Positions 1 through 11,499 of a stretch of 64,000 nucleotides of DNA are shown one piece after another. Origin of the DNA: Perkinsela sp. CCAP 1560/9 (lineage: Eukaryota; Protista; Euglenozoa: Kinetoplastea); NCBI GenBank assembly GCA_965644495.1, contig CBFFSA010000007.1:186001-250000 (forward strand), given 5' to 3'. The notes under the pieces were generated by a model that worked only from the letters and a program-made list of their open reading frames with translations, made no database searches and was not told the DNA's origin. A program made the translations under genes and the position numbers. How positions within the stretch are numbered: position 1 is the stretch's first letter; every line of letters begins with the position of its first letter.

Positions 1-5
1 AATAT

Positions 6-371
6 ATGATTCGTGAAAATGTGCGCCGTACCGGAGTAGCAATGCTTCCTGCGTTTCTCGTTGATGGATGCAAATTCGAAATTACTCCAGAGGTAAAATC
101 TCAGAAGCATACGCCGCCTTTACGTAGATTGGAAGATATCACATCTGAATCTGCACTTCAGATACGACAGTCAGCATTATTGGGGGGTGCGGTAAGCTCA
201 ATAGGTCTCGCGGGAGGTGCTCTCTATTTGGCTAAGACAAAATTGATTTTTTTCGCGTTTGCCCCGTGGATGATAGCACTTTCCTACATATCGTATACAA
301 AGTACGAGGAAGGATCGATGGAGCTCAAGTATCTCCGAAAACGTAGTAGTTTACGAAAAAGGTTAAAATAA
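6..371 (+). CDS. Hypothetical small membrane protein (may be 5'-partial)
   Basis: 121-aa ORF with two hydrophobic segments and a basic C-terminus; same strand as all host genes. Confidence 0.5.
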   Translation: MIRENVRRTGVAMLPAFLVDGCKFEITPEVKSQKHTPPLRRLEDITSESALQIRQSALLGGAVSSIGLAGGALYLAKTKLIFFAFAPWMIALSYISYTKYEEGSMELKYLRKRSSLRKRLK

Positions 372-953
372 TTTCACGGCGGTCACGACACAACTAATGA
401 AAAGAAAGAGCAATGCTTTTTCTTTGCTAATGTTGTTTTAAACAAAACCTATAACCATATCAATGTCCGGTTCCTCCTCATAGGCCTTCCCTGAATTCAG
501 GATATACAGCTTTCATCATAATACCACTGTTTCTTTTCAAGGTGCCGAACTTACATACCAGGTGGAGAGCAAATGAATTTTTGAATAAAGCAATCCGAAG
601 AATTTTTTCAAAAAATTCGCGGGTGTTTCAGCAGCTATCTCGGTAAGGATGGTTATCAGTTAAGGATGGAAAATGAAAACAATAGTTCCACAATTGCCGG
701 TTAGAGTTTCTGTGTCATTTTGCGTAAGTTGTGTTAAAAACAAGTGTCAATAAACGTATAGATTGGTCATAAATTTTGATGAACCATACAGAGTAGATTG
801 GCTACACTTAATCTTTATTGCAGTCCTGAGCTTATACCCTTACTTGCGGAGGGTATCAGTGGGACTCATGAAAGAAGACCAAAAATAATCAGCAAACTTG
901 GTCGAGGCTGAGTGATCAAATATAAATTGGGCAAATTTGGGAAAAAAAATGCC

Positions 954-1030
954 CAGGAATGTCCAAGAATCCTCAGGAATGTCCAAGAATCCTCAGGAAT
1001 GTCCAAGAATCCTCAGGAATGTCCAAGAAT
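954..1030. repeat. Tandem repeat, 20-bp unit (caggaatgtccaagaatcct) x about 4
   Basis: Near-perfect head-to-tail copies with no spacers. Confidence 0.95.
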
Positions 1031-1575
1031 GCGGGGTAGATAAGAAAACCGGCGATGTGGTAGTTTAGATGAGCACTTATTCGAAAGAATTTTCCACTTC
1101 TTCATCGGTATGATGCCGGCCTCGTACACAGATAATGAAATATTTTGGCATTTGTTTGGGGGTTCTATGGGCTTTGCCTGACACAAGCGGCCCCAAGGCA
1201 TCATACCTTCCGCTGTACTTTTGGTGCACCACCACTTCGCGCTCATGTGTTGCGGTGCCTTGTATACTTTCTTGTAGCATATAACTTTAGCAGGGCTACC
1301 GGCTTGTGACCTTTCATCCATTCGATGCATTCCGCCTCGGTACAAAGATCAACTTTGCTTAATGTGAGGCCGCGCCAAGAAGACCCAGAACACCCTTGTC
1401 AAGGCATAAAAAATCATTAAAAGTCTCAAAATGAGCCTAGTAGATTAAAAGGATGATATTTGTTTGGTTCAAAAACGTGAAAAATGTACAGTGTTATGTT
1501 TACCGGTGAAATGGTTATTAAGGATAAAAGTAATTAAGGCAGAACGGATTTAAAAACTAATTATTGCCTTAATTA

Positions 1576-1670
1576 GGCTCTTCGTTAAACGCGGTGGTTG
1601 TTTTCAACTTAGAAGTCACTCATGCTGCGCGCTTCGCATTGAAAACTACCACCGCGTTTAACGAAGAGCC
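1576..1670. mobile_element. 95-bp fold-back MITE
   Basis: 32-bp TIRs (GGCTCTTCGTTAAACGCGGTGGT[T/A]GTTTTCAA, 31/32 identical), TA on both flanks. Confidence 0.75.
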
Positions 1671-2868
1671 TAAAAAAGAAAATTTGGCCAGGAAAGCTGA
1701 AGAAAACGGAAAGATTATAGCCAAAAATACCCGATTTTTGGGAAAAAATGGGGTGATTTTTCCGTATTTTAGCTCTCAGAGCACTGAATCCGACATTAGC
1801 GCGTGGGAAATCACTCGTAGGCATGAATGAAAGCCTAGCGAACGTATTGGGTAGAGAATACGACTCCAACCACACCATTCTCTCGACCCAAAAAGGCCCC
1901 TTGGGGTCCGAAAAATACCTTTTCACCTTTTTTAGTCAAAAATGGGCCATTTTCGCGGGCATAACACGGCTCGAAGAAGAGATTGCCTGCGAAAACAACT
2001 GCGCAGAAAGCTAGTGTAGGTCCCAAGCTATCAAAATACAACAGGCGAAACAATTTTGGAAAAACATTTTTTTTGCCATTTTTTTCGCCAAGTTGAAAAT
2101 TTTTTCAATTTTTTTTCTGAAAAAATCCGAACTTGGCGGACCCGTCCTGCGGATACGCGGGGGGGTCACCCCCGCGTAGGGGGGTGGAAAATACGCGCCA
2201 AAACCCGGGCTACCGCTTCTGCGGGTTTGTTATGAAAAATAATTTTTTTGAAAAAAAAATATTCGGGCGGTATGCCCCCCCCTAGACCCCCCATTTTTTT
2301 CAATTTTGGACCACCGGAGCCCCCTTTTATAAATTTTTCTTCTATTATATTACTGTGTTCCTCTTTATAATTTCACTGTTTTTGTTCACTTTTTTTCAAT
2401 AAGCGAGGGTAGAGCGGTAGTTTTACAACCACCGCAATTAAAGTTGCCTTAATTAAAGTGGCGCTGATAAAAGCCCGAAACAGTTCTTATTTAACTATTG
2501 TCGTTTGTAGCATAAATATCATATTTCTGCTAAAAGTGCTCAATTTCTGATCAATTTTCATGTTTTTCGAACTTTTCTAGACGAGCTTCGCCTGTTTCGC
2601 CCACATTTACGGTCTTCAACAAGTTGAACGTGTGAGAGAAAAGCTAAAACGATCATTGAAAGGAGAAGTCTGAGACGGAATCATGAAATTAATTTTTCCC
2701 AATCTTTCCCCCAAAATGACAGAAAATTAATTATTGCCTTAATTAAAGCTGCCTTAATTAATAAAAAATGTGAAAAAAATATAATCAAGAAAAAGACCAA
2801 ATTTCCTTCAGTTTCACCGCAAGCATGTAGTTTGAGAAATCTTCTTGTAATTTACTTCTCTACCTTAC

Positions 2869-3336
2869 ATGGTGTCATTTCAATGCAATGGTTGTGAAGA
2901 CATTTTCGCGAAACCGAAAATAAAGAAACACTTAAGTCGCTGTCCAACGAGCTCGTTTTCATGCCTTGATTGCCATAAGGAATTTTCGATTTCCAATGTT
3001 CATGACCATACAGAGTGTATAAGTGAAGATACTAAGTTTCAGGGCTACTGGAAAACACAAAATTCAGTTGCTGCCGATGCATCAAAAACCAAAGTCAGTA
3101 CGATTAATCTCAAGTTTCCCATACAAATTAGAAGTGAACATGTAAAAAGAGCAGCGAATACAGTAGGAAATTCAGGTGCGCGACCGCCGAAGTTAAAAAT
3201 GTTAACTCGACACGCTCTCCATACTGCTTTTCTAGAGCAACTTAAAAAAACAGGGTTGTCATTCGAAAATGACATTAAGACTATTGCAGTAGCGAACAAC
3301 ATAGATTTTTCTTCGAGTCATTCGAAGCACCAGTAA
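2869..3336 (+). CDS. LYAR: LYAR-type C2HC zinc-finger protein
   Basis: MVSFQCNGCED..KPKIKKHLSRC..FSCLDCHKEF..HTECISE..K is the zf-LYAR pair. Confidence 0.85.
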   Translation: MVSFQCNGCEDIFAKPKIKKHLSRCPTSSFSCLDCHKEFSISNVHDHTECISEDTKFQGYWKTQNSVAADASKTKVSTINLKFPIQIRSEHVKRAANTVGNSGARPPKLKMLTRHALHTAFLEQLKKTGLSFENDIKTIAVANNIDFSSSHSKHQ

Positions 3337-4042
3337 TTTTTTCCATTAAGTGCTAAATAGAGTATTTAGCTTGCAATACGTTTAAAATATTTCAATGTAA
3401 TTGTACTACATGTATGTTTAAAAGATTTTCAAAGCTCTTAGAAAACACTTTCACCCATTCCCTGCATTGGTCTTCTACGATAATATTTGCGGTACGATAA
3501 TACCTTGCTACGAAAATCCGTACTTTTGGAGATTCTGCAGTTGATCTTATGTACGCTGTGCTACCCAGTGCAACCTGTGCTACCCAGTGTTGGAAATTGT
3601 ACCCAGTGTTACCCATCGAAACTTTTAAAAAGGCGGACCTGCAGAAGGTCCTTTGGCCACATGATGTAGAGTAATTCTAACGGTAGATAAACACGTATTT
3701 TCTACGCTAGTAAAGTACTTGTAAAGAGTACTGTAGTTGGTATTGAAGGAGTTGAAATTATTAGCGTTTCGGCAAAGATGAATAATTTTAACCAGAATAG
3801 CACCACAATGTTTAATTTTTTTTTAAACGTATCCAGGCTCTATCCAGGCTTCCGATGGGCCTAGGGGGTGCACACCAACAAAAAACATCTATTTTGTTAT
3901 TTTGAATTACGACCTACGAAAGTTGAGACATATGAAATTCGCGCCATTTCTACGTGAATGACCTGTGGTTTCTTTTTAGAGGAAGGAAACTCGTAATAGA
4001 GTACCGATTTTGCATCGCAGAAATTTGCGGTCAGCGTTCTCT

Positions 4043-7000
4043 ATGAGAATTCTACGACCCCCCTTCGCAATAAAAAAGAGAACTCATACTGCGTTAGTTC
4101 ACCAAAAGCCTGGAGAAAATGTATACACCTGTATGAACAGTTCGGGATCCTGTTCCTATCCTCTGCCATCTGATGTAATCGGGTACCTTGAGCTTCTCGA
4201 GAGGGGTATGTGTCTCACTGATTTGGGAAATGGCTTAGTAGCTCATCGTCTTACATGGGGTGCTCCACACCTTTTTTTGTTTGGCTACATTCTTACATTT
4301 TTTTGTATGGCACGATACGTTATTGGTCCGTATTCTCTGACTTCATATTTGCTCATGATGCATAATAGAATGTGTGCATCAGGCTTGCTATACGACATGA
4401 TATTTTTGCACTTTAGAAGGTCCAAAGTATTAGAGCCTGCGCAGCTGAGCACTCGTAGCAACGTGAAAAGTTATGAAATACACATGACTCATTTGATAGC
4501 GTTCCATCTTCTCTGCACACTTGCGTGCAAATGGATCCATTTTGCAGTTAGTCGAAAAGCGGAGTGTAGTGCCGAGGTCTCTGACGGTTGGACTAGGACT
4601 AGATCCGAACTTCAATTGCTTGCCCACATATATTTGCCCAAGACAAATACAAACAACGTAGGTGTTTCTAGTCCGACAGAAAATGGTGCACGTTTCTTAC
4701 AGAAATCATATAAAGTAAACTGGATTTCCACATCTGTTTTAACATGTGTCTTACCATTCTGTACAGCGTTCGAGCTCGACCACATAATCTCATTTGTTTG
4801 GAAAGCCTGGCGAAGGGGCCAATCGCATCCGCAAAGAGCGAAATCAATTTTGAAGGCATTAATCCAGAACGTATTCTTAGATTATGCTGTTAGCAGACAG
4901 AATATTCAAGAATTTTTACTGCACCACGATTGTTTCGTAAAGACTTTGACGATGTTTTCCAATGAACTCACGCATGATTTTGTTAGAAAACTTATTTCAG
5001 ATTTAGCCTTTCTTGAGAAATACAGAAAAATAGAAGCGTTCGAAAAGCTTTTCGAGCTGCACGAGATAGTTCGCGCACAGTTTCCTTCAGTCCTTCCACT
5101 TTCCCGTCATTTTTATCTATTGCTACTCTCGGGACCGGCTTGTCGAATTAGGACACGTTTAGTGGAATTCAAAGATGAAGACCTCCATGAATTTGTAGAC
5201 TCCTGTTGGGAGGAGCTGAATCGGTATGTCAAACTGCTTTTAGAATCGTATCCAGAGCAGGTAAATAGAGGTTTTCTCGATGGAGCAGAACTGTGTACTT
5301 TGTGTCAAGGTGGGCGATTCTTCAGTGTGGCTCGACATCAAGATTACAAACGACAGGTTTGGTTACTACTTGTAGAAAAGTTAAAAAGGGTATTTTCTTT
5401 GGGAGGTAGTCGAAATTGGCTTCTCAAGATATCTAAGAATACTGAATTCCTATTTAACGCTTTCAAGGCGATAGAGGCGTCCTCTGTTGAGGAGGCAGTA
5501 TTGTTCGCGGGGGATTTGATTCGAGTCAGTGAATCTATGGAACGTTCCAAAACACCATTCCTCACGCCTACGTTTTACAGGATAGTGAGCAACTCACCAT
5601 ATCGCTTATTAAAAATTGATTTTTGGTGGAAATGCGGGTGCCCATACGATGTGGATGAAATTTCTAGCACATCGGCACATCACAAGAAAAGGAAGTCGGG
5701 CATTTTTTCTCCAAGCGAGTTGTACAGCGTAAACTGGGGCGATAGTTGGCAATGCCATAGTAAAACGCATTCTTTTGAACATCATGAGAATCCTTCCATA
5801 CGAGGTACGTGCTACTATTGTGGTGGCTACACCTGTCCTTGTGGTCGAACTTTTATTGAAGTAACTGACATTGAGGAGTGCCCTACTTGCAAAAGACCGT
5901 CACCCTTTTACGCTGGACTATCGAAAATAGGTGGATGGTTTTGCACACAGTGCAAGTGCATCGTACTCTCTTCACAATGCTCCAAGTGCCAGAACTATAA
6001 TAGCAAAGATCTATGGCGATGTTCTCAGTGCTGGAGTCAACACTTTCGACGCCAAAAGTTTTCGAGATGTTGCGGCGAGTGTGGCGAACCTGCACCGGGA
6101 ACCACACTGCAAGAAAGCCGCCTAATCGAATGTTTTTGCTGTCAAACGTATCATTTTCCTGAAATATTGGAAGAAGAATCTGCGAAAAGGAATCATGCGA
6201 ATAAACAAGTAAAAAGCACCAAATCCACAGATGATTTTCCGGATTCACGGAATTGTTGTAAAAAGTGGATTGGAGCCAATTCAAAAGAGGTTACCGAAAA
6301 CACTGTAGACTACTTTGTCTGGCAGTGTGGATGTGGCACGCAGAACCCACCCCATATGTTGTCATGCAGAGAGTGTACTTCGGATGGATTTACTTGTTCT
6401 TTCTGTCTTACAGGACAAAAAACTCGAAAGCACCCCCCGACCGCATCGGCCGAGAATCCCTCTGATTTGAAAATACCAGATGTGTTTCCCGATCGTGCAA
6501 TGTTGCATCCGTGTCAAAATTGTTACGCTGACCATCCTCGGTACATCGCTCGACATCGACCTAATCTGTGGTGGTGTGCAATTTGTTCCCTAGTAAGTTC
6601 CTTGCATAATAAGGAATCGCAATGCCCCCACGTTCCTCGATTCTTGTACACCGATTCATCTTGGACGTGTGTAAATTGTGGCGAATGGAACAACAAACAT
6701 CTTCCCAAAAATATGAAGTGCGTCTCAGAGATTGATGTGTGTGTAAGGTGCAACTTCCGTCGACCTTTGGGATACAGTCCAATGATGCAGTGGACTTGTC
6801 AACATTGTAATGCTCAAAGAGTAAGAGGTCCAAGATGTCCCAGATGTTGGGCCCCTCATCCAGGCGTAAATGTACACATTTGGAAGTGCTCGTCGTGTTG
6901 GTTGTGGAACCTGAGTTGGAGAGCAAAGTGTTTACGTTGCCAGATTCCGCGCTCGTCTTCGAAGAGCGAGACCATGCGCTACGTTTCGTGGCGGTGTACA

Positions 7001-7540
7001 TCCAAGGGTTGTTCTCAAGATTCACCAGGTGAGCGAATGGGGCGTTGTACACGATTATCTTGCAAGGGAATTCGCCCTGCGGAAACATATCAAAGCACTA
7101 CGGAGACAGATACGCGTACTGAGGTCTTCGTGCAGTATCTTAATCAAGTTCGAGAGTATCTTACACGTACTTTAGGTACTAGTAAGTCGGTTCTCCGAAG
7201 TTCGAAGCCCCTAAATTCAGGTTATACACTGAACTCTGCAGTATACCCCAGTATGCGACTTTGCCAAACCCTAGATAAGATAACAGAAAAACTTAGACCC
7301 ACACAAAATAGCTCTGCATGCAGAACTTCTTCATGTGTACCCGAGCACAAAAAAATGCTTGGAGCTAAGTGCAATGTTATGCCGGTGTCTTTGCAGAACA
7401 GTTGTGGTACCTTGCTTGCGAACCCGGAACACTTCGCATTCACCGAAATTACTGATAAGTTTTGTTCGAAAAAGATGTTTGTCCATGATACACGTGAAGG
7501 TTCTTTTGAGTCGTTTCTAAGAATAATTTTGACCACTTGA
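4043..7540 (+). CDS. Large Cys-rich protein with many RanBP2-like W-x-C-x2-C zinc ribbons
   Basis: About 1165-aa ORF; repeated WTCVNCGEWN, WKCSSCWLWN, WQCGCGTQN, WTCQHCNA motifs in the C-terminal half. Confidence 0.8.
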   Translation: MRILRPPFAIKKRTHTALVHQKPGENVYTCMNSSGSCSYPLPSDVIGYLELLERGMCLTDLGNGLVAHRLTWGAPHLFLFGYILTFFCMARYVIGPYSLTSYLLMMHNRMCASGLLYDMIFLHFRRSKVLEPAQLSTRSNVKSYEIHMTHLIAFHLLCTLACKWIHFAVSRKAECSAEVSDGWTRTRSELQLLAHIYLPKTNTNNVGVSSPTENGARFLQKSYKVNWISTSVLTCVLPFCTAFELDHIISFVWKAWRRGQSHPQRAKSILKALIQNVFLDYAVSRQNIQEFLLHHDCFVKTLTMFSNELTHDFVRKLISDLAFLEKYRKIEAFEKLFELHEIVRAQFPSVLPLSRHFYLLLLSGPACRIRTRLVEFKDEDLHEFVDSCWEELNRYVKLLLESYPEQVNRGFLDGAELCTLCQGGRFFSVARHQDYKRQVWLLLVEKLKRVFSLGGSRNWLLKISKNTEFLFNAFKAIEASSVEEAVLFAGDLIRVSESMERSKTPFLTPTFYRIVSNSPYRLLKIDFWWKCGCPYDVDEISSTSAHHKKRKSGIFSPSELYSVNWGDSWQCHSKTHSFEHHENPSIRGTCYYCGGYTCPCGRTFIEVTDIEECPTCKRPSPFYAGLSKIGGWFCTQCKCIVLSSQCSKCQNYNSKDLWRCSQCWSQHFRRQKFSRCCGECGEPAPGTTLQESRLIECFCCQTYHFPEILEEESAKRNHANKQVKSTKSTDDFPDSRNCCKKWIGANSKEVTENTVDYFVWQCGCGTQNPPHMLSCRECTSDGFTCSFCLTGQKTRKHPPTASAENPSDLKIPDVFPDRAMLHPCQNCYADHPRYIARHRPNLWWCAICSLVSSLHNKESQCPHVPRFLYTDSSWTCVNCGEWNNKHLPKNMKCVSEIDVCVRCNFRRPLGYSPMMQWTCQHCNAQRVRGPRCPRCWAPHPGVNVHIWKCSSCWLWNLSWRAKCLRCQIPRSSSKSETMRYVSWRCTSKGCSQDSPGERMGRCTRLSCKGIRPAETYQSTTETDTRTEVFVQYLNQVREYLTRTLGTSKSVLRSSKPLNSGYTLNSAVYPSMRLCQTLDKITEKLRPTQNSSACRTSSCVPEHKKMLGAKCNVMPVSLQNSCGTLLANPEHFAFTEITDKFCSKKMFVHDTREGSFESFLRIILTT

Positions 7541-7847
7541 TAAGGTTTGGTTGATAAGATGCAGCATATTTGTCAAATATCTTGGTCAAATTTTGACCAA
7601 CGTTTCATACATGGAGAGTTTGTTCAAGAATAGCCACTATTGCTGAAAAAAACAGTGCTTTAAAGCCTATTTTTTCTCTTATGTCGCTGTGGGGGGTTGC
7701 ATGTCATTAAGTAGCCATATTACTATTTACCTAAATTTGCACTCCTTTTCCGCGTCTTCTGACTTTTTACCTATTTTACCTATAATTTCGAGATTTAGAT
7801 TTGTACTTGAAAGGCACAGGTGAACATATAATGGTGTATCGCACCTA

Positions 7848-9512
7848 ATGACGGAAATAGTTAGTACTTTTGCGTGTTCTGGTCACAAGCCACCGCGTAT
7901 ATGGGTTCCGGATGAGAAAGCTACAAACGGAAAATGGTATCGCATAAAAGATACCTATAACCATGTTGAAGGCAAATGGACTGTGCTCTTAGAAAACCCG
8001 TTGCATAGTGAACCTGCGGGAAAAAAGTTTTGCGAATGTCAGAAACCATTAGATAAAAAGAGAAAGCCAGTTCACGTATGTAATCTCGTACAATATCGTG
8101 ATTGTGTTCTAGCTCAGATAGACAGCACTTTACACCAACCAGTGACTCGAATAAGGCTTATTGCTGTTGCGCTATGTGGCGAGTCCACTTGGTGGCTTGG
8201 GAAAAGCCGAGAAAGTGTCCCACATCCTTCAGCCGAGTTAATCTCAGGACACTACTTATATCCTTTGCGGCAACATGGATCTGGAGGTGGACGCCTCTAC
8301 TCTGAAAAAAAGCATGATATGAAGGAACGTTTTCAAACACAAGCTATGATTCATACCGACGTCCCATACGAAGCCTTAGGCGGTTTCTACGAAGTTGCTC
8401 GTGAAACAGAAAAAGAACTTGACATACGCTTTAGGGAACTTTTAAAAAGGGAGAGGTTCGAGGCTGAAAATATGCATTCTGATTCATCGAAAAACCGGTG
8501 TACAAGTAAGCTCAAAAATGAAGATAGATTAGTCAGGCTAAAAGGCAAAAAACGAAAAAATAATGTAGCCACCGACGAAGTCAGTGAGGAAAAAGTAGGA
8601 GACGCCAAATCATCTGTTAAAAACGAGAGAGATTCTCAAGTGTCAGATAAAAAAGAAAGTGGCCGAATTACAAAAAACGACCAAATTCGATACGCCTTGC
8701 AACGAATTAATGCTGACACTTGGACATCGTGTCTGATACCGAACTCCAAACAGGAAATGAAGAACATGATTGAGAGTGGTATGCTTGGCGAAACGAATTT
8801 GATGCGGCTTGTGAAATGTTCACCCTCCGTGTTTTGGAGCATTCGGACGGAAGTCTGGCGATGCGTCTTATGCGCCGGTCAGGATGAAACGATTAGTTGT
8901 TGCCGCAGCTGTAGACAGTTTTATCATTTATCACCAACCATAGGATGTCCTGGAAAATTGTTCCATAACTTAAATACCTGTGAAGAATGTTTTTCGATAC
9001 AACTTGGTGCCGGTTTACATTGGGCTCACGATCCCGTAATGGATAGCTTTTTGGTAGCGATTATGTCTAAGCAGATGCGTGACATGCACGCAGAAAATTT
9101 TCGGGATCCTGATCGTTTATCTAATGAGAAATTCAAAGATCCGACGCGTAGTAACATAGCTTCAGCACAGTGCCAACAGTCTAGACCCGATTTAGTGAGT
9201 GAAGCTTTCGAAACCTCTAGCAAAGTGTTTCGAACCGATGTTTCCATGAAGAATTCTGTTAACGACGTTGCAATAAAAATGCGTGACTCCGACGGAGCAA
9301 CAACTACTATTTTATCCGAAGGAACTCGAACCTTAGAAAATACGACGACAAGTTCAAAGCCCACGAAATTTGGGACATTTCGGAGAATTCTCTTTAGACA
9401 GAGAGCTCAAGATTCGGATACGTCGCTAAAAATTAAAATTAAAACAAGGGAGAACACAGGGATAGAAGACAATAAGAAAAATCTGAGACTTACTGTCCTT
9501 CTTCGAAAATAG
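7848..9512 (+). CDS. Hypothetical nuclear protein with PHD-like finger
   Basis: 554-aa ORF; CVLC..CCRSCRQFYH..C..CEEC and basic KGKKRK stretch. Confidence 0.7.
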   Translation: MTEIVSTFACSGHKPPRIWVPDEKATNGKWYRIKDTYNHVEGKWTVLLENPLHSEPAGKKFCECQKPLDKKRKPVHVCNLVQYRDCVLAQIDSTLHQPVTRIRLIAVALCGESTWWLGKSRESVPHPSAELISGHYLYPLRQHGSGGGRLYSEKKHDMKERFQTQAMIHTDVPYEALGGFYEVARETEKELDIRFRELLKRERFEAENMHSDSSKNRCTSKLKNEDRLVRLKGKKRKNNVATDEVSEEKVGDAKSSVKNERDSQVSDKKESGRITKNDQIRYALQRINADTWTSCLIPNSKQEMKNMIESGMLGETNLMRLVKCSPSVFWSIRTEVWRCVLCAGQDETISCCRSCRQFYHLSPTIGCPGKLFHNLNTCEECFSIQLGAGLHWAHDPVMDSFLVAIMSKQMRDMHAENFRDPDRLSNEKFKDPTRSNIASAQCQQSRPDLVSEAFETSSKVFRTDVSMKNSVNDVAIKMRDSDGATTTILSEGTRTLENTTTSSKPTKFGTFRRILFRQRAQDSDTSLKIKIKTRENTGIEDNKKNLRLTVLLRK

Positions 9513-9978
9513 TATTGCTGTATTAAATGTGATTTCGTCGTAGATTGGAGTTTGCATATCAATTGGATGTTCACCGTGAAAACTTTAGTGTCACAATGTT
9601 TTAAATGACATGTGTGTACAACTCTGCTTAACAGAGCTGCACGTGCCATACAGTACAGTAGTGTAGAGTTATGTACAGTGCTTATTCTATTCGTAGACCC
9701 TTCCCGTGTTTCCTGCTAAGTACGCTGAAGCAGGCTGCTTCCTTTAGCTTTTCAGCGAAGCATCCTAATGAATGGTGCCAAAGAATAATCTCTATTAGCA
9801 ATAGAATGACACATTAGTATTATAATATTAGTACTATAGTAACATAATGTCGATCAAGAAAAATGGACGCGGTGACCTAACTTGAGAGGCACTTACCGAA
9901 ATGATATTAGGTCATGCTCTGTACTGTTTCCCTATTTCATTCTTAAATCGAATCTTTCAAGATCCGTATTACTAAATT

Positions 9979-11163
9979 ATGTCACTCGATTCCTCCCCTG
10001 TTGCGCGGTATTATGAACAGGAAATCCGTGAATTACAGTCGAAATTGCATGAAAAAGAACGGACCTACGCGCGCATAGAATCTCAACGAGCCGAATTAAA
10101 TCGACACGTCAGACATTTAAAAGAAGAACTCCACTTACTTATGGAACCTGCATCCTCCGTAGCGGAAGTGGTGCACGTCCTAGGAAAGGATAAATGTTTG
10201 ATTAAGATTAGCGCACAAGGAAAGCAGGTCGTGGGTATTCACAAGGACGTTGATATTTCAAAGCTTACGCCCAACACACGTGTTGCGCTGCGCGCGGATA
10301 GCCAAGAGTTGCATTACGTTCTTCCCACCAATGTCGATCCTTTGGTTTCCCTGATGCGAGTTGAGAAACAGACCGGTAGTACTTACGACGAAATTGGCGG
10401 CCTTGGAAAGCAAATTAAGGAAATTAAGGAGGTAATTGAGCTCCCAGTGAAACATCCCGAACTTTTTGACGCGCTGGGCATTGCGCAGCCCAAAGGGGTG
10501 CTGCTCTATGGCCCCCCAGGGACGGGAAAAACGCTTCTGGCCCGTGCGGTGGCCCACCATACAGATTGCACGTTTATCCGGGTCAGCGGAGCGGAACTAG
10601 TGCAGAAGTACATTGGTGAAGGAGCACGTATGGTTCGGGAGTTGTTCGTGATGGCCCGCGAACATGCTCCAAGTATTATTTTTATGGATGAAATTGACTC
10701 CATTGGGGGCTCTCGCATGGACAGTGGCTCCAATAGTGACAGTGAGGTGCAACGGACGATGCTAGAGTTGCTGAACCAGCTGGACGGCTTCGAGGCTTCA
10801 AAAAAGATCAAAGTTATCATGGCCACCAATCGTATGGATATTCTAGACGAAGCACTTCTTCGCCCGGGACGAATTGACCGCAAAATTGAGTTTCCCGCAC
10901 CGGATGAGTCTGCACGAGCGGATATTTTGCGTATTCACAGCTCTCGTATGAACTTGATGCGAGGTATTCACTTAGAAAAAATAGCGGCCAAGACCAACAA
11001 TGCGAGTGGGGCGGAGCTGAAAGCGGTGTGTACTGAGGCTGGAATGCTTGCGTTGCGTGAACGACGTGTCCACGTCACCATGGAGGACTTTGAAATCGCT
11101 GTCGCGAAAGTAATGCGAAAGGATGGAGACAAGGACGCCTCAATGGGTAAAATGTGGAAATAG
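9979..11163 (+). CDS. RPT6: 26S proteasome AAA-ATPase subunit RPT6
   Basis: [44 protein letters not shown]-terminal KMWK. Confidence 0.97.
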   Translation: MSLDSSPVARYYEQEIRELQSKLHEKERTYARIESQRAELNRHVRHLKEELHLLMEPASSVAEVVHVLGKDKCLIKISAQGKQVVGIHKDVDISKLTPNTRVALRADSQELHYVLPTNVDPLVSLMRVEKQTGSTYDEIGGLGKQIKEIKEVIELPVKHPELFDALGIAQPKGVLLYGPPGTGKTLLARAVAHHTDCTFIRVSGAELVQKYIGEGARMVRELFVMAREHAPSIIFMDEIDSIGGSRMDSGSNSDSEVQRTMLELLNQLDGFEASKKIKVIMATNRMDILDEALLRPGRIDRKIEFPAPDESARADILRIHSSRMNLMRGIHLEKIAAKTNNASGAELKAVCTEAGMLALRERRVHVTMEDFEIAVAKVMRKDGDKDASMGKMWK

Positions 11164-11499
11164 TGCGTGCGTAAGAAGGCATGCGGGTGAATTATGCACA
11201 AATTTGCAGTGAAATTTAAATACACTCGCAATATTTCGGTATTTAATACAAAACTTTCGTGTGAGATGAAATCACATTCTTTCAGTTTAGTTATCTGCAT
11301 CAGTGTACGTCTACGAATAGTACAATGTGGAGAAGTCGTTAATTTTTTTTAAATACATTTGTACTGAATGAATGGACGGAATGCACGTAACCAAAGCTCC
11401 GTTATTATATGTCAGCTACAAAAATTGGCTATAAATTGGGAAAGATTCGCTTTGCACACAACTCAGTGACTTGAAGGATGTCGTAAATTTTTTGTGGCA

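Noticed and set aside
954-1030. CRISPR-like array
   Set aside because: Head-to-tail repeat without unique spacers, no cas genes, eukaryotic context.
1013-1345. Degenerate IS630/Tc1 transposase on the - strand
   Set aside because: Only vague similarity; catalytic motifs could not be recovered.
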